From Clostridia bacterium (lineage in GTDB: Bacteria; Bacillota; Clostridia; TANB77; CAG-465), in NCBI GenBank assembly GCA_045651205.1, contig JAZRSA010000050.1, positions 29,723 through 93,722 of the forward strand: a DNA stretch of 64,000 nt, read 5' to 3'. The translations under genes were made by a program, and so were the position numbers. Under the pieces are notes generated by a model. The model did not search any database and had not been told where the DNA came from. It was given only the letters and a program-made list of their open reading frames with translations. Shown here in pieces: positions 9,595 through 20,230 of the stretch (positions are counted from its first letter, which is position 1; each line of letters starts with the position of its first letter).

Positions 9595-10031
9595 TTTTCT
9601 TCCCTATACTCTTTTGCACTTATGAGTTCACTTGTATTCATATAGTAATCATGATTTGCTATAACATCTTCTATTCTACTTCTAATATCTACAATATCAT
9701 AACAATTAATTATATATCCATTAAAGTTATTTACCGCTAAGAATTTATTGACATTCGAAACAAATTTTTCATTCCCATGTACTACAAATACAAACTCCTC
9801 TTCTTCATAATTATTTAATATATTCTCATTAAGCCACTCACTATAATACATTCTTTCTTCTATCCTTTTATAGAATTTAGATATTATACTTTTTACTTTT
9901 TTAGTTTCATTCTTTTCATTAATATATATAATCTTTACATTATCCAAATTATTAGATATATAATTATTTGCAATTATACACGCATGTGTTGTATTTACTG
10001 TAAAACAACATAATTTCTTTTTCATTTGCAT
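9579..10031 (-). CDS. Hypothetical 150-aa protein
   Basis: ORF with GAGAGG RBS-like sequence upstream and host-like codon usage. No recognisable motif. Confidence 0.4.
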   Translation of the reverse strand: MQMKKKLCCFTVNTTHACIIANNYISNNLDNVKIIYINEKNETKKVKSIISKFYKRIEERMYYSEWLNENILNNYEEEEFVFVVHGNEKFVSNVNKFLAVNNFNGYIINCYDIVDIRSRIEDVIANHDYYMNTSELISAKEYREEKRKQA

Positions 10032-10100
10032 CTACCTCTCTTATATAACTATATTACCATTTATTACCATTTAAATCAACGAAATATTTTATACACTTTT

Positions 10101-10129
10101 GTATAATTTTGGTAATTTAACTCATAATA
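10101..10129 (+). promoter_or_regulatory. Candidate forespore-type (sigma-F/G-like) promoter upstream of spoIIR (GTATA-17-CATAATA)
   Basis: The elements resemble forespore sigma-factor consensus (GHATR ... CATnnTA). Consistent with spoIIR being sigma-F dependent in Bacillus. Confidence 0.3.
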
Positions 10130-10145
10130 TTTTTAGGTGAAACTT

Positions 10146-10697
10146 ATGAAAAAATTCAAATGTACATTATATATATTTATATTCCTTTTTACATTACTTA
10201 ATTTAAATCTAATACACGCTATAACTGATGCAAAAAACAATTTAGCCAATTATTTTAGATTACATGTTGTAGCTAATAGCGACAATATTAATGATCAAAT
10301 GATAAAATTAAAAGTAGCTAACGAAATTAATAAATACATATCTGTTATTACAAAAAATATTACCAACAAAACTGATTGTATAAAAACAATAGAAAACCAT
10401 ATTCCAAACATCCTAAACATATCTAAAAACGTTCTTAAGAAAAACAATTCTTCTACTCAAGTAGTCGCATATATTGGAAATATTAAATATGATGAAAAAG
10501 AATTTAATAAAGAAACTATGGCTGCTGGTACATATACATCTTTAAAGATTAGTATTGGTGAGGCTAAAGGAACTAATTGGTGGTCATTAATATCTCCTAC
10601 TATTTCTGATACTACAAATGTAAATGATATATTAGAACCTGGCGAAATAAAAATAAAATCTAAAATATTAGAATGGATAGAAGTATTATTTAAATAA
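10146..10697 (+). CDS. spoIIR: Stage II sporulation protein R (SpoIIR family)
   Basis: Signal peptide followed by FRLHVVANSDNINDQ (the SpoIIR hallmark is ...RLHV.ANSD...). Start chosen at ATG 10146 (RBS AGGTGA) rather than GTG 10137. Confidence 0.7.
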   Translation: MKKFKCTLYIFIFLFTLLNLNLIHAITDAKNNLANYFRLHVVANSDNINDQMIKLKVANEINKYISVITKNITNKTDCIKTIENHIPNILNISKNVLKKNNSSTQVVAYIGNIKYDEKEFNKETMAAGTYTSLKISIGEAKGTNWWSLISPTISDTTNVNDILEPGEIKIKSKILEWIEVLFK

Positions 10698-10701
10698 AGA
10701 A

Positions 10702-10733
10702 AAAGAGCTGTACATATATTTGTACAACTCTTT
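10702..10733. terminator. Bidirectional terminator between spoIIR and the PBP1A gene
   Basis: Hairpin aaagagctgtaca ... tgtacaactcttt with flanking T/A runs. Confidence 0.55.
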
Positions 10734-10743
10734 ATATTTATGC

Positions 10744-13350
10744 TTATACGCTATATAGCATTTCTCTTAATACTCCATAATACATTAAACTTTGTGTTGT
10801 TCCTTCACCACCGTTTTCTGGTGTTGTCGGAGTTTCTGGTGTTGTTGGTGTTTCTGGCGTAGTTGGAGTTTCCGGTGTTGTTCCTGGATTCTCTGGTGTT
10901 ACTGGATTGTTTGGAACCACAACATCTTCTGGAATTTCCGGTTCTTCAACTACTGGAGCACTTGTATGTAACTCACAAGTTTTTGTTGGTGCTATATATT
11001 TCTTATCGCTTGTCTTTGTATTTGGTTTTTCTCTAGTTATTGTAGAGATTTCTACTAATTCTTCATATAAATGGCAGAATTCTGTAGGCAATAGTTTAGA
11101 TGTATTACATACTTTTACTAAACTATGAACTGTACATTCTGCAGTTGGCACTGTGCCTGATGCAAACACTTCAGATTTTACTACATTTCTTTGATCCGCT
11201 TTACAAGCATCTGTAGCAACTAAACCAGATAATGTACATACAGTTGCTTTCACTATTCCTTTAGGTTTAGTAAACGAAGCTGCTTTAAGATTTTTATGAA
11301 TTGTTTTCATAACGTTTGTCCAAACAACTGTTGCTGTATATGGATAAGTTCCTAATGTTTTTCTAGAACCTATTGTTTTTGGATTATCGTAACCATTCCA
11401 TACAACTGCTGTATAGTATGGTGTATATCCTGCAAACCATTGGTCTTTATCATCATTTGTGTTACCAGTTTTAGCTGCTATTTGTATCTTTGTAGAGAAT
11501 TTAGCAGATGTACCTGTACCACTTGAAACAACGCTTCTTAAACAATCTGTTAGCATATATGCAGTTGTTTCGCTCATTACTTTAGTAAATTTAACTTCAT
11601 TAGTTAATATTTCTTTACCATCATGATCTAAAACTTTTGTATATAATTTAGGTTCTGTATAAACACCACCATTTGCCATAGTAGCATATGCTGCTGCCAT
11701 ATCTATAACTTTAACGTTAGCTGAACCTAATGCTAAAGATAAATTCTTATTTGCCTTTTCTGTTAATGTTGTTATTCCCATGCTTTGAGCAAATCTTAAA
11801 GCATAACCTAAATCTATAGATTTTAGTGTCTTAACTGCTGGTATATTCATTGATTGATTTATTGCTTCTCTTACAGAAACATAACCATAATAATATCCAT
11901 ACCAGTTAGTTGGTTTATATCCACCAAAGTTTACTGGAACGTCATCTATACCCATACCTGGATAAGATACTCCTAGTTCAAAAGCTGGTCCATACGCTGC
12001 TATTGGTTTAAATGTTGAACCTGGTTGCAATTTAGATTCTGTTGCTCTATTATAGTCTAATCCTGTTTTTTCTCCAACACCACCAAGCATACCTACAACG
12101 TTACCTGTTTTGTTATCTAGAACAATCATAGCACATTGCATCATACCTTTTTTCTTGTCATTGTAGAAATATTTTTCATTTTTAGCTTGTTTATCTATAG
12201 ATGCTTGTACTGTTGGATCTATTGTTGCATAAATAGTATATCCATTTGAGGCAACCATATCTCTAGCCGCTTGATATGTAATATTCATTGCTTCAGCTAG
12301 ATCTTCAGCAACGGCTTTCCATACAGCGTCTCTTGCATAAGATTGAACTGCTGATGTTGAAGCTATTTCACCTTTTTTAAATACTAATTCATATTCTAAA
12401 GCTTCGTCATATTGTTCCTTAGTTATTTTACTAATAGATAGCATTTTGTTTAATACTACTTTTTGTCTCTCGATTAATTTTTCCTTATTCTTTTCTCCAT
12501 TATATGGATTTGTTACTTCAGGTAATTGTATAGATGCTGCAAGACATGCAGACTCTGCTAGGTTAAGGTCAGCTACTGTTTTCGCGAAGAAAGTTTGTGC
12601 TGCCATTTCTATACCGTTAGCACCTTCACCAAAGTATATCTTATTTAAATATGCTTCTATAATATCTTCTTTTTCAAGGTTTTGTTCAAGCATTATTGAA
12701 CGATACCATTCTCTTATTTTTCTCTTCCAACTACCTTCATTATCTTCAGTTATGTTTTTAACTAACTGTTGAGTAATTGTACTTCCACCAAATGATGATG
12801 AACCACCATTTGTTACGAATGTAAGTACAGCAGCTGCTGTTCTTTTAATATCTACACCAAAGTGTGTCCAGAATCTTTCATCTTCAATTGCTACTACAGC
12901 ATCTACTAAATGTTTAGGTAATTCTTCATAATCTGCCATAAGTCTATTTTCACCTGAGTTTACAGTTCCTAGCTGATTACCTTTACTATCTAATATAGTA
13001 GTTGTAAGTTTAAGATTTTTAAGTTGAGAATAATCTACTGTTGATGTTTCGCTTATTATATCGTTTAAAACATATAATACTACTCCACAACCTATCACAA
13101 ACAATGCTAAGCCTATAAAGAATAGCACCTTAAAAATTTTCCAAAATAGCTTTTTCTTTTTCTTAGGTTTTTCACCATTTGTTTCTTTTTTATTCTTTTT
13201 ACCCTTATTTGCTTTCTTCTCTAATTTAGCTTTTTTCTTTTCTTCTTTTTCTTTTATTTTATCTTTATCTAATTTAACTCTTTTAAATTTTACTTTTCCA
13301 TTTTCGGGTCTAATTAGATTGTCCATTTCTTTATCTGACAACATTATCAC
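10744..13350 (-). CDS. Class A penicillin-binding protein (bifunctional transglycosylase/transpeptidase, PBP1A-type) with Lys-rich N-terminus and C-terminal TPETPTTPE linker
   Basis: 868 aa. Glycosyltransferase motifs (EDERFWTHFGVD, GGSTITQQL), transpeptidase motifs STFKP and KTG. PT-repeat tail. Confidence 0.9.
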   Translation of the reverse strand: MIMLSDKEMDNLIRPENGKVKFKRVKLDKDKIKEKEEKKKAKLEKKANKGKKNKKETNGEKPKKKKKLFWKIFKVLFFIGLALFVIGCGVVLYVLNDIISETSTVDYSQLKNLKLTTTILDSKGNQLGTVNSGENRLMADYEELPKHLVDAVVAIEDERFWTHFGVDIKRTAAAVLTFVTNGGSSSFGGSTITQQLVKNITEDNEGSWKRKIREWYRSIMLEQNLEKEDIIEAYLNKIYFGEGANGIEMAAQTFFAKTVADLNLAESACLAASIQLPEVTNPYNGEKNKEKLIERQKVVLNKMLSISKITKEQYDEALEYELVFKKGEIASTSAVQSYARDAVWKAVAEDLAEAMNITYQAARDMVASNGYTIYATIDPTVQASIDKQAKNEKYFYNDKKKGMMQCAMIVLDNKTGNVVGMLGGVGEKTGLDYNRATESKLQPGSTFKPIAAYGPAFELGVSYPGMGIDDVPVNFGGYKPTNWYGYYYGYVSVREAINQSMNIPAVKTLKSIDLGYALRFAQSMGITTLTEKANKNLSLALGSANVKVIDMAAAYATMANGGVYTEPKLYTKVLDHDGKEILTNEVKFTKVMSETTAYMLTDCLRSVVSSGTGTSAKFSTKIQIAAKTGNTNDDKDQWFAGYTPYYTAVVWNGYDNPKTIGSRKTLGTYPYTATVVWTNVMKTIHKNLKAASFTKPKGIVKATVCTLSGLVATDACKADQRNVVKSEVFASGTVPTAECTVHSLVKVCNTSKLLPTEFCHLYEELVEISTITREKPNTKTSDKKYIAPTKTCELHTSAPVVEEPEIPEDVVVPNNPVTPENPGTTPETPTTPETPTTPETPTTPENGGEGTTQSLMYYGVLREMLYSV

Positions 13351-13400
13351 CTCGATATATATTTTACTACAAATGCATACAATTTACAAGCAAAATACAC

Positions 13401-13434
13401 AAAAAGGATACCACTAATAAGTGGTATCCTTTTT
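13401..13434. terminator. Hairpin terminator (14-bp perfect stem aaaaaggataccac / gtggtatccttttt) overlapping the stop of the 13433 gene
   Basis: Read directly from the sequence. Confidence 0.6.
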
Positions 13435-13672
13435 AGCCCCAAATATGATTCCTATAAGCTCGTCTGATATATGACTTAGACAACTTCATCTCATCGACGT
13501 AAATCATCTCTTCACAATGTTTGCAACGCGTGTAGAAAGCGATCCGGCCTTTATATCCTGTCGGCATAGTTCCTAAACCGTCACACTCTTCTTCATACGA
13601 AGCTCCGCATGAACAGGAAACAGCTACAGTTTCCTTTTTGGGTTCTTTCTTTTTTCTATTCCAAAATGCCAT
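13433..13672 (-). CDS. Small Cys4 (zinc-ribbon-like) protein. Higher-GC paralogue.
   Basis: 79 aa with CSCG...C...CKHC. Strong RBS AAGGAGGTAAAAACT. Paralogous to 13790..14038 (both end ..Y(R/K)NH(I/K)W). Visibly higher G+C than the neighbours. Confidence 0.6.
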   Translation of the reverse strand: MAFWNRKKKEPKKETVAVSCSCGASYEEECDGLGTMPTGYKGRIAFYTRCKHCEEMIYVDEMKLSKSYIRRAYRNHIWG

Positions 13673-13789
13673 AGTTTTTACCTCCTTAATTAATTTGGCA
13701 CTATTTACTATCTTGCTACATTATATAACAAAAAGTCCTATTTTTCAACAAATTAAGTATAAAAAAAGACCGCTTATTAGCGGTTCTCT

Positions 13790-14038
13790 TTATGTGGTCC
13801 ATTTGTGATTTTTGTATACATCTTTTACAAAACATCTCGAAAGTTTCGATTGTTCGATAAAATTAACTCTTCCACAATTTTTACAGTAAGTATAAAAGCA
13901 CAATTCTCTTTTCTCACAGGTTTCGCTGTTAAAAATGCTTGAATAGCCTACATTATACTTTTCTCCACATTTGCAAATTACTTTTGCGGTCCTTTCCTTT
14001 CTAAAAATTTTACTAAAAAAAGTCATGATTACCTCCAT
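13790..14038 (-). CDS. Small Cys4 (zinc-ribbon-like) protein. Host-GC paralogue.
   Basis: 82 aa with CKCG...C...CKNC. RBS GGAGGTAATC. Own downstream hairpin. Confidence 0.6.
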   Translation of the reverse strand: MEVIMTFFSKIFRKERTAKVICKCGEKYNVGYSSIFNSETCEKRELCFYTYCKNCGRVNFIEQSKLSRCFVKDVYKNHKWTT

Positions 14039-14103
14039 AGTTATATTGGTATATTTTTTATTTCTTCTACCATTATACTATAAATCACGACTTTTTTCAA
14101 ATA

Positions 14104-16407
14104 TTACATAATGTTGTATCTTATACTATATTTATTTCTTATATTTTCCGGATACTTTCTCTTGTTTCTAACTATTTCAGTTATACAATCTGTATTATCT
14201 GTAACTATGTTATATTTCTTATTATATGTGTCTTCTATATAGTATTTCCCTTGTTTACATACAGCTTTACATTCATTTTTTTCTTCTGCATTTGATACGA
14301 AACTTGCCAACATACAATATCTAGTTGTCATAGCCGTAGCAAGTCCTTCTACAAGTTCTATATTTTTAACTTTAGCTATTTTATCTATATCTGTCTCTTC
14401 TGTTTCAAATATAGGAGTAACAGTATCTAACATTTCAAAATGTTCAGCTGAAAAACTATTAAATACATTTAATGTGTATTCTCCTATAAGTTCTATTCCA
14501 TATTTTTCTTTAAGCTCAATTCCTAACAGTAAATATCCAACATTTCCAATAACTAATCCTGCTATTCCCTCTTTAACAAGTCTCTCTATATTATCTCTAA
14601 TATACTTATCTAAATTCTTAAGTACAACATTTGGTATATTCATATATACTTTTGTCTTACCTATATATTTTAATATATCTTTTTCATATTCCTTAAAAGC
14701 TCTTGCTGGAACATATAACTTATCTAAATTTGTTTCGTATCTTTCTTTACAAAGGGCAATATAATCTTCTTCTGGATTATATCTATACATAAATATTCCT
14801 GTTGTTTTAGAAGAATTCTTTTTATTAGATGTTATTTGTAAATCTTTTTCTTTAACAGTTACTTCTTCTCTTTTAACAAGTCTAGCAGCTTCTATTTTTT
14901 CTACTAAAGCTCTTCTTAATTCGTTTAATTTAGAAACTGGCACAAACAATCCTTCATCCAGTTCTGTATTAATATTTATAAATATTGTTGCAGTATCTTC
15001 AGTTTTAGCAAAAGTTTCGTTAAGTTTTTCCACTGTAACACCAACGCTTTTACTTGTTTCCGGAATGTATTCTAACTCTACAGATATATCTTTATCTAAA
15101 GATTTTGCAGAAATATTTTTATCCTTTTTAATAGTTACAATTATACTTTCTTCTACCCTTTTTTGCTTTTCCTTCTTATCTAAATATTCTCTAGATTCTT
15201 TATTTAATTTATCCGACGATGTCTTGTATACAGTATCTTTGGCTTCTACTTTGCCTTTAACATCTCCAAGATAAACTATACTTCCTTTTTCTATGTTTGT
15301 ATTTAGTATGTTTCCCTTTTCGTCTTTAATACAAGTAACTACAAAAGATACCGGACCTTCAGAAGTTACTATTTCTACACCATCATGAAGATCTATATTT
15401 TCTTCTAATTTAAGTTTAATAAACCTATCTTTTTTAGCTAACACTTGTCCTAAATATATCCCTGTATTTTTAGGAGTAGTATCTGAAATACTTCTTTTAT
15501 ATCTTACTCCATTTAGATAACCATCACATCTACCACTACGATTAAATAACTGAAGTAATTCTTTTTCTGTATCATTTTCTATAACATAATTACTATCTAC
15601 AGCTTTTCTATATCTACTTACAACACCAGCCGTATATTCTACTGTTCTATTTCTTCCTTCTATTTTGAAAGATTTTACTCCCGCATTTTTAAGTGCTTCC
15701 AGTGTATCTAAACCATATATATCTTTCTTGCTTAGAATATATCTATCTTTTACTATTGCTTCTTTTTTAGATTCATTATATAACGAATATTTCATTCTAC
15801 AAGGTTGCGCGCAGCTTCCTCTATTAGCACTTCTTTCGCCTATTAATGAGCTTGCCATACATTGTCCAGATACAGAAACACATAGCGCGCCATGCACAAA
15901 TATTTCTACTTCCATAGATATATTTTTAGTTATATATTCTATTTCTTCTACACTTAATTCTCTACCCAACACGACTCTAGAAAAACCTAAAGATTCAATA
16001 TATTTCGCTTGTTCTAAATTTAATACACTCATTTGCGTACTAGCGTGAAGAGCTAAATCTGGCATTATTTTATGTATTAATGTAGCAATCCCGATATCTT
16101 GCACTATTACTGCATCAAGTCCTTCTTTATACAACGCGCAAACAATTTCTAAAGCTTCCTTAATTTCACTATCTAAAAGCAACGTGTTAAGTGTTAAATA
16201 CACCTTTACATCTCTTTTATGTGCATAATCTATAGCTGCTATATATTCTTCAATTGTTAAATTATTTGCCATAGTACGTGCATTAAATTTATTCACACCC
16301 ATATATACGGCATGAGCTCCAGCGTTAACCGCAGCTACGAACGCCTCGTAGCTACCTGCTGGAGCTAATATTTCTACTTCATTTTCCATATTATTTTTCA
16401 TACCCAT
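14104..16407 (-). CDS. U32 family peptidase (collagenase-like, large form with C-terminal extension)
   Basis: 767 aa. N-terminal U32 core (VEILAPAGSYEAF..., ...EGRNRTVEY...) characteristic of PrtC/YhbU-like proteins. Confidence 0.8.
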   Translation of the reverse strand: MGMKNNMENEVEILAPAGSYEAFVAAVNAGAHAVYMGVNKFNARTMANNLTIEEYIAAIDYAHKRDVKVYLTLNTLLLDSEIKEALEIVCALYKEGLDAVIVQDIGIATLIHKIMPDLALHASTQMSVLNLEQAKYIESLGFSRVVLGRELSVEEIEYITKNISMEVEIFVHGALCVSVSGQCMASSLIGERSANRGSCAQPCRMKYSLYNESKKEAIVKDRYILSKKDIYGLDTLEALKNAGVKSFKIEGRNRTVEYTAGVVSRYRKAVDSNYVIENDTEKELLQLFNRSGRCDGYLNGVRYKRSISDTTPKNTGIYLGQVLAKKDRFIKLKLEENIDLHDGVEIVTSEGPVSFVVTCIKDEKGNILNTNIEKGSIVYLGDVKGKVEAKDTVYKTSSDKLNKESREYLDKKEKQKRVEESIIVTIKKDKNISAKSLDKDISVELEYIPETSKSVGVTVEKLNETFAKTEDTATIFININTELDEGLFVPVSKLNELRRALVEKIEAARLVKREEVTVKEKDLQITSNKKNSSKTTGIFMYRYNPEEDYIALCKERYETNLDKLYVPARAFKEYEKDILKYIGKTKVYMNIPNVVLKNLDKYIRDNIERLVKEGIAGLVIGNVGYLLLGIELKEKYGIELIGEYTLNVFNSFSAEHFEMLDTVTPIFETEETDIDKIAKVKNIELVEGLATAMTTRYCMLASFVSNAEEKNECKAVCKQGKYYIEDTYNKKYNIVTDNTDCITEIVRNKRKYPENIRNKYSIRYNIM

Positions 16408-16413
16408 TCCCCT

Positions 16414-16692
16414 TTATTTACTCTTTATTTCTTTGTTTAATAAATAAAGTGTTTTATTGTTCAATTCATCTGTTACTATTTTATAGCATATTCCTTCTTC
16501 GTATATTTTCTTTCCTGTTTCTGTTGTCTCAATTCTTGAATTAGTAAACACTGTAGGTTTAGAATTTGTAAACATCATATAATCCGTTACAAAAAGGCAT
16601 CCCCATAAAAGTACAATTACTACCAACGTTACTAGTATTGTTGTAACCAATGTTTTTATTTTTTCTTTTCTCTCAAATTGATTTAATAACAT
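16414..16692 (-). CDS. Small single-pass membrane protein, hypothetical
   Basis: 92 aa with a TM helix (LVTTILVTLVVIVLLWGCLFV). Sits between trmB and the U32 peptidase gene in the same orientation. Confidence 0.4.
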   Translation of the reverse strand: MLLNQFERKEKIKTLVTTILVTLVVIVLLWGCLFVTDYMMFTNSKPTVFTNSRIETTETGKKIYEEGICYKIVTDELNNKTLYLLNKEIKSK

Positions 16693-16705
16693 ACCTTCTC
16701 CTATA

Positions 16706-17359
16706 CTAATTAAATTTAGCTATTAATTTATATATTGGTCCGTTTACCATAAATTTAGCTTCATACTCTGTCATTATATTTGGTTCTTCATTATCTAATT
16801 TACCACTATCTATATCCGCATGTAGGTTTAGTGTTAGATACTCAAAAAACATTCCGTATTTATTCATATTCTTTAACGAATACTCAAACAAACTTCTATT
16901 ATCTGTCTTAAACTCTATGACTGATCCTTCTTTTAATATATCCTTATATACATCTAAGAAAACATCAGATGTAAGTCTTCTTTTTTCATGTTTTTTCTTA
17001 GGCCACGGATCACTAAAGTTAAGATATATTTTATCTACTTCATGTTCTCCAAATAATTCTTTTAATTCTAATGCATTAAAATCTAAGACCTTAAGATTAT
17101 CTAACTTCTTTCCAATTTCTTCTTCATATCTTGCAATCTTTTTAGTTGCTAAAGATACAACTCCTTTATTTAATTCTATTCCTATATATAGATTTTCCGG
17201 ATGGCGATTAGCACATTCTGCTATGAATGCGCCTTTACCAATACCTATTTCTAAACATATATTTTCATATTTAGTTTTATCTAAAGATTTAATATCTTTT
17301 AAATACTTATCTGACGATGCTAATATTTCATCGCAGTTTTTTACATTTCTTTGTCTCAT
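16706..17359 (-). CDS. trmB: tRNA (guanine-N7)-methyltransferase
   Basis: FSDPWPKKKHEKRR motif and SAM-binding GIGKGAF. Start moved to the internal ATG at 17359 (MRQRNV...), which has the AGGAG RBS. The ORF-track start at 17419 lacks one. Confidence 0.85.
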   Translation of the reverse strand: MRQRNVKNCDEILASSDKYLKDIKSLDKTKYENICLEIGIGKGAFIAECANRHPENLYIGIELNKGVVSLATKKIARYEEEIGKKLDNLKVLDFNALELKELFGEHEVDKIYLNFSDPWPKKKHEKRRLTSDVFLDVYKDILKEGSVIEFKTDNRSLFEYSLKNMNKYGMFFEYLTLNLHADIDSGKLDNEEPNIMTEYEAKFMVNGPIYKLIAKFN

Positions 17360-17370
17360 ACTTACTCCTG

Positions 17371-18081
17371 TTATACAATTAATGTTTTTGCTAATGATGC
17401 TAACATTTGTAATACACAAATTATAGCTGTAATATTGATTATTTGAAATAAATCCAAGTTTACTCTCTTTTCTTCTAGAGCTTTGATTTTATCTTTTCTC
17501 TTTTTTTCTATTTCCTTCATTTTAACTTTTTTATTAGCCGCTTCATAAAATTTCATTTTTATATCCATTGAATTTTTACTCTTAACACTAGCTATTCTTT
17601 GTGAAATAGTTGCATTTCTACATATATGTATACCAAGCGCTGTTGCAGCTGCTATAAAAAGCATATTAAGAATATATGGTGTTATATAACCTAAAGTTCC
17701 TTTTAGTCTTCCTACTATAGATATATAGTTTGCAAAATATATACATTCCGCTGAAATAGAAGCTACTAAACCTATAACCGGTATATACATATATGGCACT
17801 ATACCAGCAAAAACAATTATTATTAACACTTTTGCTCGTTCAATCCATTCACCCCAAAATGTAACATTTGCTTTTTCTAATTTATACATTTCTGGAGAAT
17901 TAACAACACTCACAACAGAAAGTATTGTTATTGCTAATATTATTAGTGTTGCTTTTAAAATATTTTTCTTAATATATACACCAGTTTCTATTAAATAAGA
18001 TTTAACAGTCATTCCTGAAAATCTTTCTTTAATTAACTCCTTAAAACTTTTTTCGTCTTTTCGTTCTTTCTTTATTTTCAT
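17371..18081 (-). CDS. Hypothetical polytopic membrane protein
   Basis: 236 aa with several hydrophobic helices and a Lys-rich C-terminal tail. No recognisable motif. Confidence 0.4.
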   Translation of the reverse strand: MKIKKERKDEKSFKELIKERFSGMTVKSYLIETGVYIKKNILKATLIILAITILSVVSVVNSPEMYKLEKANVTFWGEWIERAKVLIIIVFAGIVPYMYIPVIGLVASISAECIYFANYISIVGRLKGTLGYITPYILNMLFIAAATALGIHICRNATISQRIASVKSKNSMDIKMKFYEAANKKVKMKEIEKKRKDKIKALEEKRVNLDLFQIINITAIICVLQMLASLAKTLIV

Positions 18082-18082
18082 A

Positions 18083-20227
18083 CTATCCCCTACTTAAACA
18101 AAAATCTATTTGCTTTGTGTGTTCATCAGCTCTTGCTACAATTACTTTTACTTTCTGACCAATTTCATATTTCTTTCCTGTTCTTTCACCAATTAACACC
18201 ATTTCTTTTTCATGATAAATATAGTAGTCGTCATCTAGGTTAGACATTGTAACTAAACCTTCGATTGTATTATCTAATTTAACATAGATACCAAAACCAG
18301 TTACTGAAGATATTACACCTTCATACTCATCTCCTAAATGTTTCTTCATATATTTTGCCATAAACAAATCATCAAAATCTCTTTCGATTTGCGTAGCTGT
18401 TTTTTCACATTCACTACTAGATACCGCATATTTTTCTGCTTTGTATTGTAACTTCTCTAATCTTTTACTATCTAATACATACCCATTTTCTATATATTCA
18501 GATATTACTCTATGTATAAATAAATCTGGATATCTTCTAATTGGTGATGTAAAATGACAATAATCCTTAAAGTTAAGTCCAAAATGTCCTAAGCACTCTT
18601 CTGAGTATTTAGCAAGTTTAAGCGATCTTAAAAGCATTTTAGATACTATCATATACTTTTTCTCATCATCAGCAAATGTTTCTAATGCTGTTGCTAAAGC
18701 TCTTGGATGTATTTTATTTATACCTTTAATACTTGAACCCATATTCTTAAGCATTTCGTTTAATTCTCTTAATTTTTCTAAATCTGGAGTTTCGTGTATT
18801 CTATATATGAACGGAGCTTCTAAATCTCTAAATGTCTTTGCTACTACTTTATTTGTAACAAGCATAAATTCTTCTATTATGCTGTTAGATACTCCAATTG
18901 TATATGGCATTACATCTATAGGCTCGTTATTTTCATCTAAAACAAAGTGAGTTTCTGGTATATCAAAATTAATACTACCATTCGCTACTCTCTTTTTATT
19001 TAAGATTTCATATAATTCTTTCATAAGCATAATGTCTGCTTTAAACGGAGCATATTCTTTTAACGTTTCTTCATTTTCGTTATTTAATACTTCTTCTACC
19101 TTATGGTAAGACATACGCTTTTTAGAACGTATAACAGATTTATATATTGTACTAAATATAACTTTTGCATCTTTATTTATTATCATATCAACAGATAAAG
19201 CCAAACGAGTCTCTCCTTCTGTTAGGCTACAAATTCCGTTAGATAATGTTCTAGGAAGCATCGGTATAACCTTACCAGGTGTATAAATGCTTGTCCCTCT
19301 TTTTATAGCTTCTTTATCTATTTCACTGCCTTCAGTTACATAGTGACTTACATCCGCAATATGTACAGATAATTTATATTCTTCATCCGAAATCTTTTCA
19401 ACACAGATAGCATCATCAAGATCTTTTGCATCATCACCATCTATTGTATAGATGTTTTTATCTCTTAAATCCACTCTTGAAGATATATCTTCATCAGTAA
19501 TAACTGAATTTTGTTCAGCTTCATTTATTACCGCTTTAGGGAATTTTTCATCAATTCCGTGACTCTTTAGTATTACTGCTTGTTCGATATCCTTATCTGA
19601 TTCATGCCCAATTACTTCAACGATTTTTCCTTCAGCTTTTCTATTTGCTGTTGGATATTTAGTTATTTTAATAACTACTCTATCTTTATTTTGCACTCCT
19701 TGAAGTAACTTGTATGGTACATATACATCTTCAATTACTCTTCCTTCTACACTTACAAAACCAAAAGAATCTGTTTTTTCCACAGTACCAACAAAAGTAG
19801 CTTCGCCGCGTTTAATTATTTTCTTAACAGTACCTTCTAAACTCTTACCTTCTTCTCTTTGCCCGTTAGTTTCAACTAAGATAATATCTTCATCGAAAGC
19901 ACCATTAGTACATTCGCGAGATATGTATATATCTTTAACTTCCGTATCCGTAGATAAAACGCGCGCGAAACCAAACCCTTTGGATTTGGCTTCAAATTTA
20001 CATACAAATTTATTTACATTATTAGGTAAGCATATACGTTTACTGTCGTCTATGTATATTTTACCGTTTACTTCTAGTTTATTTATTATCTTTTCGAACT
20101 CAGGCATATCTTCCTTAGGAACGCCGAAAACGACTGCAATTTGTTTTGCAGTCATTATCTTATATTCTTTAGAATTAACATACTCTAATATTCTTTTACT
20201 TCTCTCTTCAAACTCTTTCATATCCAC
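18083..20227 (-). CDS. rnr: Ribonuclease R
   Basis: 714 aa. RNB catalytic region (DGDDAKDLDDAI...), cold-shock-like N-terminus and C-terminal S1 domain. Confidence 0.9.
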   Translation of the reverse strand: MDMKEFEERSKRILEYVNSKEYKIMTAKQIAVVFGVPKEDMPEFEKIINKLEVNGKIYIDDSKRICLPNNVNKFVCKFEAKSKGFGFARVLSTDTEVKDIYISRECTNGAFDEDIILVETNGQREEGKSLEGTVKKIIKRGEATFVGTVEKTDSFGFVSVEGRVIEDVYVPYKLLQGVQNKDRVVIKITKYPTANRKAEGKIVEVIGHESDKDIEQAVILKSHGIDEKFPKAVINEAEQNSVITDEDISSRVDLRDKNIYTIDGDDAKDLDDAICVEKISDEEYKLSVHIADVSHYVTEGSEIDKEAIKRGTSIYTPGKVIPMLPRTLSNGICSLTEGETRLALSVDMIINKDAKVIFSTIYKSVIRSKKRMSYHKVEEVLNNENEETLKEYAPFKADIMLMKELYEILNKKRVANGSINFDIPETHFVLDENNEPIDVMPYTIGVSNSIIEEFMLVTNKVVAKTFRDLEAPFIYRIHETPDLEKLRELNEMLKNMGSSIKGINKIHPRALATALETFADDEKKYMIVSKMLLRSLKLAKYSEECLGHFGLNFKDYCHFTSPIRRYPDLFIHRVISEYIENGYVLDSKRLEKLQYKAEKYAVSSSECEKTATQIERDFDDLFMAKYMKKHLGDEYEGVISSVTGFGIYVKLDNTIEGLVTMSNLDDDYYIYHEKEMVLIGERTGKKYEIGQKVKVIVARADEHTKQIDFCLSRG

Positions 20228-20230
20228 CTA

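Noticed and set aside
17371-18081. Considered spoIIM identity for the 236-aa membrane protein next to rnr
   Set aside because: No motif I can match to SpoIIM from memory. Left as a hypothetical membrane protein.
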